Assembly (NCBI GenBank): GCA_043228905.1
Contig: JBHGNT010000018.1
Coordinates: 16,678,001-16,742,000 of the forward strand
From: Azolla caroliniana
Taxonomy: Eukaryota > Plantae > Polypodiophyta
Direction: 5' to 3'
DNA: 64,000 nt
Part shown: positions 1 through 12,989 of the stretch, piece by piece
Layout of the letters: each line of letters opens with the position of its first letter
Numbering within the stretch: the stretch's first letter is position 1
Notes under the pieces: generated by a model
Told to the model about the DNA's origin: nothing
Database searches by the model: none
What the model saw: only the letters and a program-made list of their open reading frames with translations
Translations under genes and position numbers: made by a program

Positions 1-172
1 AGAATTAGTACTAGAGAAGGAAAGTACTATTAGTATTAGTATTAAGAGGAAGGTAGTGTGTAGGACGAGAGAGAGAGAGAGAGAGAGAGAATGATGATAA
101 CATGTGATATAATATATGAAGAGTAAAGGACAAGAATAGCTAGGAGGCTTAAGACTGGCGTTGAACCAAATT
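1..172. repeat. LTR-like remnant, diverged copy of 1797-2001
   Basis: Shares agtactattagta, a GA run, atgatgataaca and gaggcttaagactgg..ttgaaccaa in the same order as 1800-2001. Confidence 0.45.
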
Positions 173-938
173 GGTTCAAAATAATTCTTTGTGCTTCTTT
201 TTATAGTGCTATCAAGAGTACTCCTGAAGTTTCTAGAAAGTTCCAGAGAAATCTAGAATATACATAAAATTCCTATAGTGAATTAATAAATGAAAACAAT
301 ATTTTTTGTATTACAATGGATAGCTTAATGGTAAGGCTTCAACCCATGTGACACAAGGTCATGGGTTCAAATCCTTTTAATGTCATACCATGCTAACCAT
401 TCTATATATGACATTTAGCCTGTTTAATGCAGGGGTCTTCAGTGTTGGCCTAAGAGTATTGATCCGGAGGAGAAGTGTGGAGGGGGAAGAGTTGGATTGG
501 ATTAATAATGTAGATATTAGTTAGTAATATTACAGGAACGGACGGATCCGAATAGTTGTACTGATCCGGATACGCCCCAATTAGTAGTCGGTAGCCGGTA
601 AGGCACCGTTTTGTAATTTGTACCGGATGCCTATAAAAGGATCTAGATCGATGTATAAATTTGACGGAAGTAATACAAGTTAAGTGTGCTATTTTCTTTA
701 TTTGAGGGTTACTTGACTCACCTTCCACCTCTTTGTCGTTATGGGTTGCTCGAGTTCTCTTGATTGGAACAACATCACAATCATCGTCAGTATCATACAT
801 AAAATCAAGAAGATTTACATTGGGAGGTATTGTTGGAACTTGAGCCATTGGAAACGATCCTCAATCACTAGAAACTTGATTATTGTTATCTGCATGGTTG
901 TTAAGGGAATTTGAACCTCCGTGAACTTGATAGATACC

Positions 939-1760
939 TCATTCTAAACCTCCTGGTCGTCTCGAAGGACAGTGTGTAGCAATATCACCTTCAATACCAC
1001 AAGAATAACAAACCGGGACTCGTTTTTCTTGTGGCACCTCTCGAACTTGGTTGGTGTTGAAACTTGCTTGTATTTGGCAGAACTGATTCGTTAGCTCATC
1101 AAGGCCTCGATTTAGTTGCTCGGAGAAACTTCCATAAGTTCTTGGATGATCTACATCTTGCATCATTGGTACACTAGCTTGGTTAGTTATATTAGAATTA
1201 AAAATGTTTGGAAAAATATGTCCTCCATGTACAATAGAGGATGGATGTGGAGCGTTTAGAATCGGCACCACATTCGCACTAGCTGTCGCCATCATTGTGT
1301 CGACTCCCATCCGCATCACTTTTAGTTTTCTAGCGTAAATTTGACATACTTGTAGAAGATTTTGAAAATTGGTTGGGTCCTTCAAATTCGCCTCCATTGC
1401 AAAGTAAGGATTGAAGCCCGCCTTAAAGCGATCCATCTTGAACCACTCATCCTCTACGCCTCCTCGTGGACGGATCCATCTTGACCAGGGCTCTTTGAAT
1501 ACCCTCTCGTACTCAGAATAATCCATCATTGTTGACATACGCAACGCAAAGAGTTCCTCTCGCACGTCTATCACATTATGACGTCGGATGAACCTGCTTC
1601 GAAATTGTTGAACCATCAATTGGTAGTTGGTTTGTTGATTGGGAGGTAGTGACTCATACCACTCTTGGGATCTTGAGTAGAAAGTTTCCACCAACAAGGG
1701 AAGTTTCTCTACCTCATTCATCATCCCAATCGAAACCGCATGATGCTCGAAGGATGCCAA
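939..1760 (-). pseudogene. Ty3/Gypsy gag fragment
   Basis: Retrotransposon gag-like W-Y..L...Y..M...F..RF segment and degenerate zinc knuckle CYSCGIEGDIATHC; truncated at the 5' end by the insertion at 1771. Confidence 0.7.
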
Positions 1761-1770
1761 AAAAGCTTCT

Positions 1771-2001
1771 GTTAGGAATAATACTAAAGCAAAGCTGGAA
1801 TTAATACTAAAGAAGAGCAGTACTATTAGTACTAAGAGGACGGGACTGCGTAAGACTCTTGAGAGAGAGAGAAAGAGAGAAGAGAAAAGAGAGATAGCGA
1901 GGATGAGAGAGAGAGAGAGATGAAGATGATAACAACCAATATATTATGTGAAGGATAAGTACAAAATGGTTAAGAGGCTTAAGACTGGTGTTGAACCAAT
2001 T
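1771..2001. repeat. LTR-like segment
   Basis: Begins TGTTAG exactly where the gag ORF is cut; homologous to 1-172. Confidence 0.45.
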
Positions 2002-2560
2002 TGGTAGGAAGAGTACCGGCTTTTCCCTTGTCAAATACATCGGCATAAGGATGATATTTCGCCGGAAGTTGTACTAAGGATTCCTCCTTAATAGTGCTCG
2101 AAGGATGTACTGATATTGCAAATAGGAACATTGCCTCCTTGTGTCCTTCTGTGAAATGGTCGAAACTCGATGAGTAGATTCTTCGGGCTGTCGATGTTGG
2201 ACTTCTCTTGTTCTCCAATCTATGTCTGGATTATGTAATTCAAACCAAGGTAATCCCAGGACAATGGGATGCTTTGGACTACTAATTATATTAAATGCTA
2301 CTACACACACAAAACTACCTAGGACAACTTGAATGGGTTCTGACTCTTCTACAATATTCCCAGAAGCAATGGGACGACCATCAATGACTACGACAAATGC
2401 GGGGTAAGGACGTTTTCTTAAGGGTATATGAGAAGCTTGGGCAAAATTTTGATCCATAAAACAAGAATTAGCTCCGAATCTAGAAGTGCTAGGACATGTA
2501 CTGGGGGAATACTTTTAGTACTAACCATGACTTGGGCTAGGAACACATTGCTAACTTGCT
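2002..2560 (-). pseudogene. Gypsy aspartic protease and RT-leader fragment (chromovirus/Tcn1-like)
   Basis: ALLDS(G) active-site remnant, IVLGLPWFELHNPDIDW and LPAKYHPYADVFDK spread over shifted frames. Confidence 0.7.
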
Positions 2561-3610
2561 TGGAGGGAATGGAACCACTAATGGAATTACAATAGATGGT
2601 GTGATGGTTAAGAGCTCGACCCATATACCATAAGGTCATGGGTTCGAGTCTTACCATATCATGATAGCTTCTGCATCCTAAACGCCATCACTTACGAAGG
2701 CAAATTGAAAAGCCATATCCACATAAGACTAAGACACAATTAATCTTCCCAAGATACGGAAAAGATCGACCCTCCCTAGAGTGCCAAAATGAAAGAGTGA
2801 TGATAAAAAGAAGAGATAAAGAAGATATATAGATCCAAAACAACAAAGATCTATTGATAATGAATGATCATGATGGAAGGAAGAGAGAAAGAAGATACAT
2901 AAATCCAAATCTACAAAGATATATTGATAATAACTCAACCACACTACATGAATAGGCAAGAAAACACCACAAGAAAATAAACTAATCCCACCACCTTACT
3001 CTTCTTCCCTTATTACAAAGGTATCACTTCTTCTATATTTTCTATCCTCCCCTTCTCACTTCTTATAATCTTCTTATTCTTCCTCCTTCCTCTCTTTTTC
3101 ACGCTTTTTTTAGAAGTTGTATTCTCCTATTTTTAGATATGACACAACGACCTTCTAATCGTCATATCTCTCTCGTCAGAGCTCCAAATTTAGAGATCTA
3201 AAGTTCTAAAGATAGCTGACTTGACGAGCTTTTTAACCCATATGGTTCGTTTAGAACTATGTTTTGGTGGGCCGCTTTTTTCTTCTTTTACTTTTCTCCA
3301 TGTTTCTTGCTTTTAGTTTGTCTTATCCTCAAGACCTTGGTTCGTGTTCTTCCTCTCCGGATGTGAATGTTCCATACCTTATATTCTTGTAGTGCTCAAT
3401 ACCTTGAATTTAAAAACACTTTCACAGATGTATAAATTTGATAGAAGTAATATAAGTTAAGCGTCCTTTGTTGTTAATCTTATTATCTTCTTTGTGTACT
3501 TGCCATCTGTGCTTTAATTTCTAATCATACGCATGTAATTAAGTGTCGGATATGTATTAAGTGGTCTGGAAGGTTACCTGGTAATAACCGGAGTGTTATG
3601 TATAATTTGC

Positions 3611-4134
3611 CGGATCAGTATCGGATAATCATCCATATCTCAACCACCCCTTTGTAGACGTGTTCCAGATAAGAAACCTTGTGTTTGCAACTAGTCCAAC
3701 CCACGATAAACAAAGTTTTGGCGACAACGATTCCTGCATAAAGCAGTGAACAACGGGGAATGGATGTCTAGATAGAAGAACAACCCAGTGGCCAAGCGAG
3801 CGAGAAGATTGGCCAATCAACTATGGAGGCGGAAAGCTTACTAGTAGGTGGTCGAAGAGATCCGGAAGGATCAATATCGGATCAGTATTAGATAATCATC
3901 CATATCTCAACCACCCCTTTGTAGACTTGTTTCGGATAGGACACCTTGTGTTTGCGGCTAGTCCAACCTAGGATAAACAAAGTTTTGGTGACAATGATTC
4001 CAGTGAACAATGGTGAATGGATGTCTAAATAGACGAATGACCCAGTGGCCGAGCGACCGAGAAGATTGGTCGATCGATTATGGAGGCGGGAAGCTTACTA
4101 GTAGGTGGAAGAAGAGATCCAAAAGGATCAATAT
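3611..4134 (+). repeat. ~267-bp tandem duplication spanning an LTR end and PBS
   Basis: cggatcagtat...ggatcaatat at 3611-3877 is repeated, diverged, at 3878-4134. Confidence 0.85.
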
Positions 4135-4284
4135 TTTCCTAGAGTGCTCCGGCGGGTCGTGGAGGAAACGGTTTGGATTCAGAATCAACAACACTCAGAC
4201 GAAAGAAGCAGCCTTACCAGTCAGCTTGACGCCAAATCGATATTGTAGAATTTAACAACAGGCACTGGAGATTCAGAGGCCTTT

Positions 4285-6057
4285 TTGGCATTTAAGTCGG
4301 GATCGGACAACGACGAGCAGAGCGTCCACTTGAATTACAGATCCAGCCATGACACCCCAGACGAGCTGGAGGAAGACGGATTGGAGCACACACCAGAGTC
4401 AGAAACTCTATTACCAACACCTTCTGAACAAAAAATCCTGGTTCCAACACCACCGACAAAGGTGGTTGAACCAGTGCGACCGGAGGAAGAGATTCCAAAA
4501 CAACAACTAGAGGAGGAAGAAGAATGCGGGCCGACACCATCGGTACACGAACCCACACCGGAACCGGAATGAGTTGAGGATGAGGATAACATGTCATACC
4601 CATATCCCAAGTATTGTGATGAATCAGATGCGAAAGCACATGTCTATGCCTTTTTACCGACATGGGAGGCCAACCATGTCTCACAGTGACTAACGGAAGT
4701 AGAAATCGAACGATCGAAAATAGTAGAATTTGACCTATGATTGGAAGGACCGGTGGCGCGATGGCATGCCAAAAATTTTCCAAGGAGTTTCACTACATTT
4801 CAAGCCCTGGGGATAAGTTTCATCGACAGGTGGAGCAGAGAGAGCTAGTGGGATGGTTCTATACTACGTGCCAAGAAGCAAATGAAACTATACCACAATT
4901 TATTATCCGATTTCAGACTCTACACAACCAACTGACAAGAGCACCACTGGAGGATGAAGCTAAGGCGGTATTTCTGGCAAGTCTCCCGGAGCCACTCCAA
5001 ACTACGTTTGGAGTGGCTCCGGGAGACTTGCCAGAAATGGGAATTGACCGGGTACTCAAGATGGATAGGGCTCAAAATGGGAATTACATGGCAATCGGGG
5101 ACCTACAACGTGCATTGCCCAACGATGAGGACCTATGATTCCAGCAGGTGGTGCAATGTACGACGTGTCTAAACCCCGGCCATTCCACCATAGAATGCAC
5201 TATGAGGATACAATGTCTATTATGTCACTCAAAGACACACACCATGGATCGATGTGAGTACAATTTATTGAGCTGACAGGCTGCGTCGATAAGGCAGATC
5301 GAGCTCCAAGATGAGTGGAGGCCGGATGATGACCGGTACCGGAGAGAAGAATGATACAAACCAGAAGGAAGTCACCAGTATGATGACCGAAGGAGAGAGG
5401 ATTATTTCAGGGATCGATACGAAAGGGACTATTCTCCGGAGTATGATAGGAGGCGTGGTGGAGACCACCGATATCCAAACCAATAGGGATACCATAACAA
5501 CCGGTACAACACAAACCACCGAAGGGGTAATTTTAGACGGAATGAGCATTGGGAGACAGACCATGAGTACCATTGAGGGTCGGTCACGAATCAGGTTACC
5601 CCACAGACAGAGGAACGAAGAACGAAGCAGGCCAACTAGATGGCTTCCGGTATCCCACCGACAAATGAAGAAAAAGGTGAATCAAGTGGGGGCCGCAAAA
5701 TATAATGGTATTATTGTTGGCAAGAAGGGCACTACAACAATCAATGCTCGGTAAAGAGCAAAGAGAAACAACTAGCAATAAATATGGTAACCGCCGAGGT
5801 CACGAATGTCCAATAGGTCACGACCCGGTCAAAAGGAAAGGCTATTGAATGGGAAACGCAAGAAGAGATCCGTAAACATGCCACATAACAGATACAACAA
5901 GCCAGTCAATGAAACATCCACGAAATGAAGGAACAGGACAAGTCACCGGAAGAAACAACCGGAATCACCGACGACGACCCATCGTGGCAGGCACTACACC
6001 AATGCCCAATCATGTTGCCACTAAGCCGGCTATTGCAGTTGGTTCCCTGGTTCACGA
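4285..6057 (+). pseudogene. Degenerate gag of the Athila/Tat-like Gypsy element
   Basis: Gag-like Q..NETI.QF..RF..L, C..C...GH....C knuckles near 5150-5260 and 5710-5750, with stops and frameshifts. Confidence 0.7.
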
Positions 6058-6378
6058 TGTCGTGCCTTTCGGCGCCGGATCGTTTGCGTGAGTTGGGTGG
6101 GAACTGCTCGGGTTATGGACTAGGAAAAGGAAGAATTTGAGGCAATTTTAATTATGTATAGATTATTAGATGCTTGTGAATCCCACAAGTAAAGTTGTTT
6201 TAGTTTGTCTTAATCATAGTAATAAATTGAAATGGTTTAGAATAGTTTAGAGTAGAAATAGAAAAGAGATCAAACCTTGTGAATCCCACAAGTATTATAT
6301 TATTTCGTGAATCCCACAAATATATTAATTGGTTGGTGTTTTTCGGAAATATATCCAATTTCCAAGTATTTCACAACC

Positions 6379-6409
<31 letters not shown>

Positions 6410-9400
6410 ACATTACATAGTACTCCTCATCCTTATATAGTGATGAGAGAGTCTTCACAATCCATGCTTTTTTTCTCTAACTATAGACTATATGCTTTAT
6501 CTAACATGCTTTTTCGAAATTTAGTTTTCATGCACACTGCATGTGCATGATTAGCTTTCTATCCCATCTTTTCTTTTAATTCGAGTGTATTGCATGAATA
6601 ACTTTTTGTACCATGCATATCTAGAATATTTGCATGGGATAAAGTTTAGTATAACTTTACAATTCATAATATGCTAGTATAGTGATAAGGCTTAACATTA
6701 TTAACATGGAGGTGCAAGGTTTGAATCTTGCCCTATGCATGTAATATATATTTTTATACTTTCTTTTATTTACAAATATGTCTCTTCATCCGGTGAGAGA
6801 CTCTCACCGGCCTTCTTCATCCGGTTCTCACCGGATCTCCTTACCGGGTCTTCCTTGCCGATTCCTCCTTCATCCGATTCCATCCGGTTATCCTTACCGG
6901 GTCCTCCTTACCGGTTCCTCCTTGCCGATTCCTCTTTCATCTGATTCCATCCGATTATCCTTACCGGGTCCTCCTTACTGGTCCTCTTCGTCCGTTTCTC
7001 ACCGATTCTCACTGGCCTTCTTCATCCGGCTCTTGCCAGTTCTCCTTACCAGTTTCGGTCCTTACCGGTTCCTCCTTCCGGTTCTCACCGGGTACTCCAT
7101 GTCCTATCCGGAGAGACCAAAAGTGTAATTTTTCACGTAGTGTACAAAATACACTATGACACTCGCCCCCTCCAAACCCGCACATCCTCTGGTATGTGCC
7201 GAAGTTGTCAGTGATTGTTAGTCTTGTCTGTCCAGTCTCTGCCCGGTTGGTTTCATCGCCGGGCGTGCTTGGTTGCCGGCTCCGCCCGGTTTCCGGTTCT
7301 GTTCGGTTCCCGGCTCCGTCCGGTTTTCGGTTTTTAGTTGCTTGCTCCACCCGGTTACTGGTTGTCGGCTCTTGTATTTCTCCTTTACTTGCAATCCCCT
7401 CCGTTTCTCTTGCTATGTAGACTTTGTCTCTCCATTTTGAGCACATCCATTCTTTCCACCCGAACCATTGTTGCCATCCAATCCACCATAGTCTTCGTTC
7501 ACTATTTGCATGGCCATGGTCGGTTGTCGCGGCTCCTCGTGCTCCTCTTGAGCATAACCCTTCATGTCTTGTGCATGTTCCATGCTTCCCACTTTGTTCA
7601 CTTTTGTCATATAATCTTGCGTTAGAGTTGACAATCTTCATGTTAGAGCCCGCCTTCTTTGTTGAGATCTCATCCTCGGTAACACCCTTCAAATCCGCTT
7701 GGCCCTTGTCGTCTGTGGTAGTGTCTTTCCCTGGCCTCTTTCTTGTCTTCATCAACCTTGATTTTTTTTCCGGATCGGTCTTGTTCGATCGGCTTTCGGT
7801 TGAGTCGTATTAGCTTCTTTCCGATTCGGTCTCGTCCAATCGGCTTTCGGTTAGATTGTCTTCCTATCGGATTCATATTCGGCCGAATCGGACTCGGTTG
7901 ATCGGTTTGGACCGAGTCAGCCCCCTTCCGGGCCGGTTTTTGTTTAGATCGGAATTTCGTCCGGATCATCTTCCATCTGAACCGGCTTCCGACTTTACCT
8001 TTCTTGCCGCCATCTCCCGTCTCTCCGGTCTCACGTTGGTACTCGGACACAACTGCCGAAGTCTCTAGAACTAGTGAGCAGGAATCCTCGGGATTATCAT
8101 CCTCCGTCGTTTCACCCATAGCCACCTTCTCGGCTATCTCTCCGTCGTATGCATCGACTTCAACCTTTGTTTTCTCTCCGCCACCTTCCGTCTCTTCGGT
8201 CTCACGTTGCCTTTCAGACGCAACCGTCGAAGTCTCTGGAATTAGTGATGGGAAAGTCTCGATATGGTCATTCAACATTGACTCGTTCATAGCCACCTCC
8301 GACTCGATGTAATCTTTTGCGGCGACCTCCTTAATCTAGTCCGCCTCCCACTCTTTATCTCCATCAATTATGAAAGCATCTATTATGCTTACCTCTTTCT
8401 CATCCGATGTCTCGGATACTTGTGTTCCAAAACCTTCTTCCATTCTTGAAGTGGTGTTAGCCACTGTCAAGTCATCGACCTTATCCTTGGTCGACGTTCT
8501 TTCGCAAGACAAGAGGGTAGCTTGTTCTACACCCTCTCCCGTGGTACCTTCGTATTGAATTTCAGCCTTCATGTCGGCTACATCGTTTATCCTTAATCGA
8601 TCATCCCTTATAGGCCATGTTGTTGTCAATGATATTCTCATCTTCCTCTTATCATGTCTTCGGCATACTCTTTCGACATCATCCCAATCCTCCGTAAGGC
8701 CATTTGCACCGTCATCATCTTCGAGTTGGATCCTGATGTCCATCCTTTCTTTTTTATCGATAGATCGATCTTATGAAAATTAGGACTTTATCCTCCCCCA
8801 ACAATCTTTGTTCCCGCTCTGAGAGTCGAGCAAAACGATGCTCGAACTCTTTGTTCCCGCTCTGAGAGTTGTTTTAGTTTGTCTTAATCATAGTAATAAA
8901 TTGAAATAGTTTAGAATAGTTTAGAGTAGAAATAGAAAAGAGATCAAACCTTGTGAATCCCACAAGTATTATATTATTTCGTGAATCCCACAAATATATT
9001 AATTGGTTGGTGTTTTTCGGAAATATATCCAATTTCCAAGTATTTCACCCCCCCCCCCCCCACATTACATTGTACTCCTCATCCTTATATAGTGATGAGA
9101 GAGTCTTCACAATCCATGCTTTTTTTCTCTAACTATAGACTATATGCTTTATCTAACATGCTTTTTTGAACTTTAGTTTTCATGCGCACTGCATGTGCAT
9201 GATTAGCTTTCTATCCCATCTTTTCTTTTAATTCGAGTGTATTGCATGAATAACTTTTTGTACCATGCATATCTAGAATATTTGCATGGGATAAAGTTTA
9301 GTATAACTTTACAATTCATAATATGCTAGCATAGTGATAAGGCTTAACATTATTAACATGGAGGTGCAAGGTTTGAATCTTGCCCTATGCATGTAATATA

Positions 9401-9808
9401 TATTTTTATACTTTCTTCTCTTTACAAATATGTCTCTTCATCCGGTGAGAGACTCTCACCGGCCTTCTTCATCCGGTTCTCACCGGATCTCCTTACCGGG
9501 TCTTCCTTGCCGATTCCTCCTTCATCTGATTCCATCCGGTTATCCTTACCAGGTCCTCCTTACCAGTTCCTCCTTGCCGATTCCTCTTTCATCTGATTCC
9601 ATCCGGTTTACCGGGTTCTCCTTACTGGTCCTCTTCATCCGTTTCTCACTGATTCTCACCGGCCTTCTTCATCCGGCTCTTGTCGGTTCTCCTTACCGGT
9701 TTCGGTCCTGACCGATTCCTCCTTCCGGTTCTCACCGGGTACTCCATGTCCTATCCGGAGAGACCAAAAGTGTAATTTTTCACGTAGTGTACAAAATACA
9801 CTATGACA
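6058..9808 (-). mobile_element. Non-autonomous Gypsy deletion derivative, same lineage as the 14841-34100 element
   Basis: Near-identical LTRs 6058-7161 and ~8867-9808 (second lacks its inner ~135 bp). TG..CA ends, TSD ACGA/ACGG, minus-strand PPT at 7162-7181. ORF 8336-8743 LEDDDGANGLTEDWDDVERVCRRHDKRK matches LEDDTQANGLVADWIAVKRACNRLDKRR in the gag at 16436. Confidence 0.8.
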
Positions 9809-10994
9809 ACGGAAAGTTTGAAACCGGCAATGACACCCACATTCTTCACAAATCCGGGTGAGGTACCGGCAGCAGTGGACACCCATAGTCCGGCTGTGAT
9901 GGTAATCGTTAAAGGCAACGAAGTACCCGATAATGTCCACAAAATGAAGGAATAGGCCAAGTCACTGGAAGAAATGACCAGAATCACCGACGATGACCCA
10001 TCATGGCAGGCACTACAGCAATGCCAAATCATGTTGCCACTGCGCCGACTATTGCAGTTGGTTTCCCGGTTCACAGATAGTTTGGAATTGGCATTGTCAC
10101 CACCGAATCCAACAATGACACCCACATTCTACACAAATCTGGGTGATGGACCGACAGCGGTGGACACCCACAGTCCAGATGTGACGGTAATCATTAAAGG
10201 AAACGAAGTACCCGGTACAATCATAGACGGAGGATCCAGAGTAAATGTCATCTGACGAAGAACATGTGATATGTTAGGTATCCGGGAATGGTAGTCGTGC
10301 CCATTCTGGTTCTGAATGGCAAACACAAGTTCGGTACGACCAACCGGACTCCAGACTAATCCGGAACCTCAACATCACGATCGGAGGACACGTGTTCCGG
10401 ATCTCGACAGTAGTGTTGCAACTAAATGTGCTAGGGGCATATCCTCTATTGTTAGGCAGAACATGGCTAAAGATGATACACATCAAGCAAAACTGGCAAA
10501 AGAATATGATAACTTTCTTGCGTAGCAAGACCAAGGTACGGGTATTGACACAAGAACGGGTTGGTACGAGCAAATAGCTAACGCCATTATGCGCCAAAGG
10601 TATTAATATGTTGGACGGTTTGGTCGACGAGGAGGTGGACCATTATTTGGAAGAAAATCCCAAGATAGTGCCACTATTCGAGGTGGACGTAGCAAAAGTG
10701 GTCATGCCGTATGTCACAAACCGGGAAGAAGAACTTGACGAGCCAGATCGGGAGGCGATTCGGGAACTCCAGCAGCCCCAAGAAGTGTTAGAAAGAGAGA
10801 TGGTCATGTCATTGTGGGTAAAAGTGTCCATACTGGAGGAAATCGATGTCGGCACAAGCAAGGCACCACAGCTGATGAACATGGCCACCGAAATGCCACC
10901 AGATGAGAAAACGACAATGATCGAATTGCTGAAAGAATTCAAGGACGTCTTTGCGTGGTCATATGGGGATATGCGGGGTCTGGACCCGAAGTTG
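9809..10994 (+). pseudogene. Continuation of Athila/Tat-like Gypsy: protease and start of RT region
   Basis: IIDGGSRVNVI, YPLLLGRTWL, LLKEFKDVFAWSYGDMRGLDPK; resumes the sequence interrupted at 6057. Confidence 0.8.
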
Positions 10995-11840
10995 TGTTAC
11001 GAATATGTCCCTCCTATAGGAGGAGCCGATTGGTCAGGCCAAGAGCCGACAATCGAAGTCATAGAGAGTCGACAACATATTATCCAAGTCGACGACAAGG
11101 CCGACTAGTCGGGCCGACTGGACAGGCAACACTGGAGTCGGCTGGTCGAATTGACTAGTCGACTGATTAACTATTATTGTTATTTACTATAATAATAGGA
11201 ATGATAGTAGCGGTGGCTACATTTGTAATTAGCCCACACAATGTATAAGTATAAATACACTTAGAGCAAACATATCGTGTAGAACAGAATGGTGTGTGAT
11301 CCTCTATTTGTGTAAGCGATAGAGAGGAGAGAGTGTGTGAGCGGGAAGGAGAGAGTGGTGCCATAGCCTTGTGAGGTTTGATGCCAAGAGCCCTATGTGG
11401 CTGATACACTCCGCGTGGAGAGTGTTGTATTCTGATCTCATCTTGTATTCTCTTGTGTATAGTGGAATCTTTGTTCTCATGTGGTTTTTCCCGTGTGGAA
11501 TCTCTGTGTTTTCTGTGCATCTGTTGTTTTTCTGGTTTTTCCACGATATTACCTATTTACAATTGGTGTTACCGACTATGGTAAGCATGGTGCCTAAACC
11601 TCAGTCATTCGGAGTTCATTTCAAGAAGATTATGGTTGAGAGAATGGACAGTGCGTACTAGTTGTCTTACGGATAACTGTGGGTGTGGTGTGTACTTCCA
11701 AGCGTAAGCGTGCAGACTGTGGAGGTTGGGGAGACGGATACAACTGACTTGTTATGTTATTCTATACGATGTGTATAGTCGACACAGAAATAACTCAACA
11801 CGTGTGGATTTGGTGCCTAGAATCCCCATACCTGTAACCA
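10995..11840 (+). repeat. LTR (solo or truncated element); same family in opposite orientation at ~44230-44645 and ~52061-52400
   Basis: Starts TGTTAC where the RT frame breaks; tataaat box; ggtgccatagc...gccaagagcc...gctgatacactcc...agagtgttgta shared with the two minus-strand copies. Confidence 0.6.
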
Positions 11841-12989
11841 CTGGTACAACCTCGTGAAGATTTACAATCCAGGATTGATGTTCCTCAATGATGCACTTGG
11901 GTCGGGTAGGGATTTTTTAGGACATCTTGATGTCGTCTATGTTCCCCATTGAAGCTCTGCCAAAAGAAAGATTCTCCATTCAAAATCTTTTGTCATAGGT
12001 CTTCGATTCGTTCTTCTTCTTTCAATTCTACATAGATTTTAGTACTCCATTTTGGACCTACTTTGCAACTTCATATGTTGGTTTCAATTGTATTATCTCC
12101 ATGGGTATTCATTCCACCATGGAAATGCAGAGGGTAAAAATGTTTTTTCTTTCTTTTTTGGCAATGGAGAGCTTTAGTTTTTGGTTTTGTTCTTTCAAAA
12201 ATCAATTCATGGTAATGGAAGGGATAAAAGACTCCGTTGGTGATCATGATGATGAACTCTTGTGTTTGCTTGTAGCATCTAAGTATGTTTGATGTTTGGA
12301 ACTTTGGATGCGACTTTCTTAATTTTTAATGAATTTATGATCTTGACCTTTGTTTATAAAAATGTTTTTTATTTTTTATTTTTTGTATTCTTAAAAAAAT
12401 TTAGAATAATAAAAATAAATATAGACGGCTGCATTTCAATCATACTTGGAGCCATTTCACATATGAGTATGTCACAAATGGGAAGTATGGCAAGAACTAT
12501 GCCACCAAATCTTGCCTTATTCACCCTTGTAGCGTTCAGCCTATCCAAAGCCAATTTCAAGTCTTTTGTCCTTCTCTCGAGTTTTCCTTCTCTTCCTTGA
12601 TCATGTCATTTTCCCGCACTATTGATACCCATGACATTGCCGTGATGTGGGGTGAACATAGAAGGAAATAAGTTAAACTAAAACTTTTAAAAATGTTGAA
12701 TGATAAAGCTACGGTGTGATATGAAAGACAAGTAACATATTGCATTTGAAAACAATAAAAAAATCTTAGCTCAATTGCGAAGAACTTGTAATATGAGTGA
12801 GAGGGGAAAAATAAACGTGTAATTAGGAAGGAAAACGTGTGATGCATGCGAAAATAAAAAAACAATCACTAGCTTTATTTGGGAGAGAGAGCCTCTTTCA
12901 TCTTATAAAGCTATAGACGAGAACTCATTGTTTAGGGGAGAAGAGAGGTGGGAAATTTGGGTATTGAGCCCAAGATGTAGTGCTTGTAG

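Larger units (their letters stand above)
443..3716 (+). mobile_element. Interrupted 5' LTR of a non-chromovirus (Athila/Tat-like) Gypsy element, pieces ~443-690 and ~3425-3716
   Basis: Starts TGTTGG with a TATA-like tataaaagg. The gatgtataaatttga...aagttaag segment recurs at ~649 and ~3428. Followed by PBS-like tttggcgacaac; similar LTR/PBS layout at 35346-35800. Confidence 0.45.

Noticed and set aside
319-376. Possible tRNA gene (also 2595-2655, 6672-6735, 15412-15475)
   Set aside because: A/B boxes present but no convincing acceptor or anticodon stem; reported as tRNA-like modules only
11900-12900. Short ORFs, possibly a decayed gene or TE
   Set aside because: No domain motif, terminus or TSD I can support
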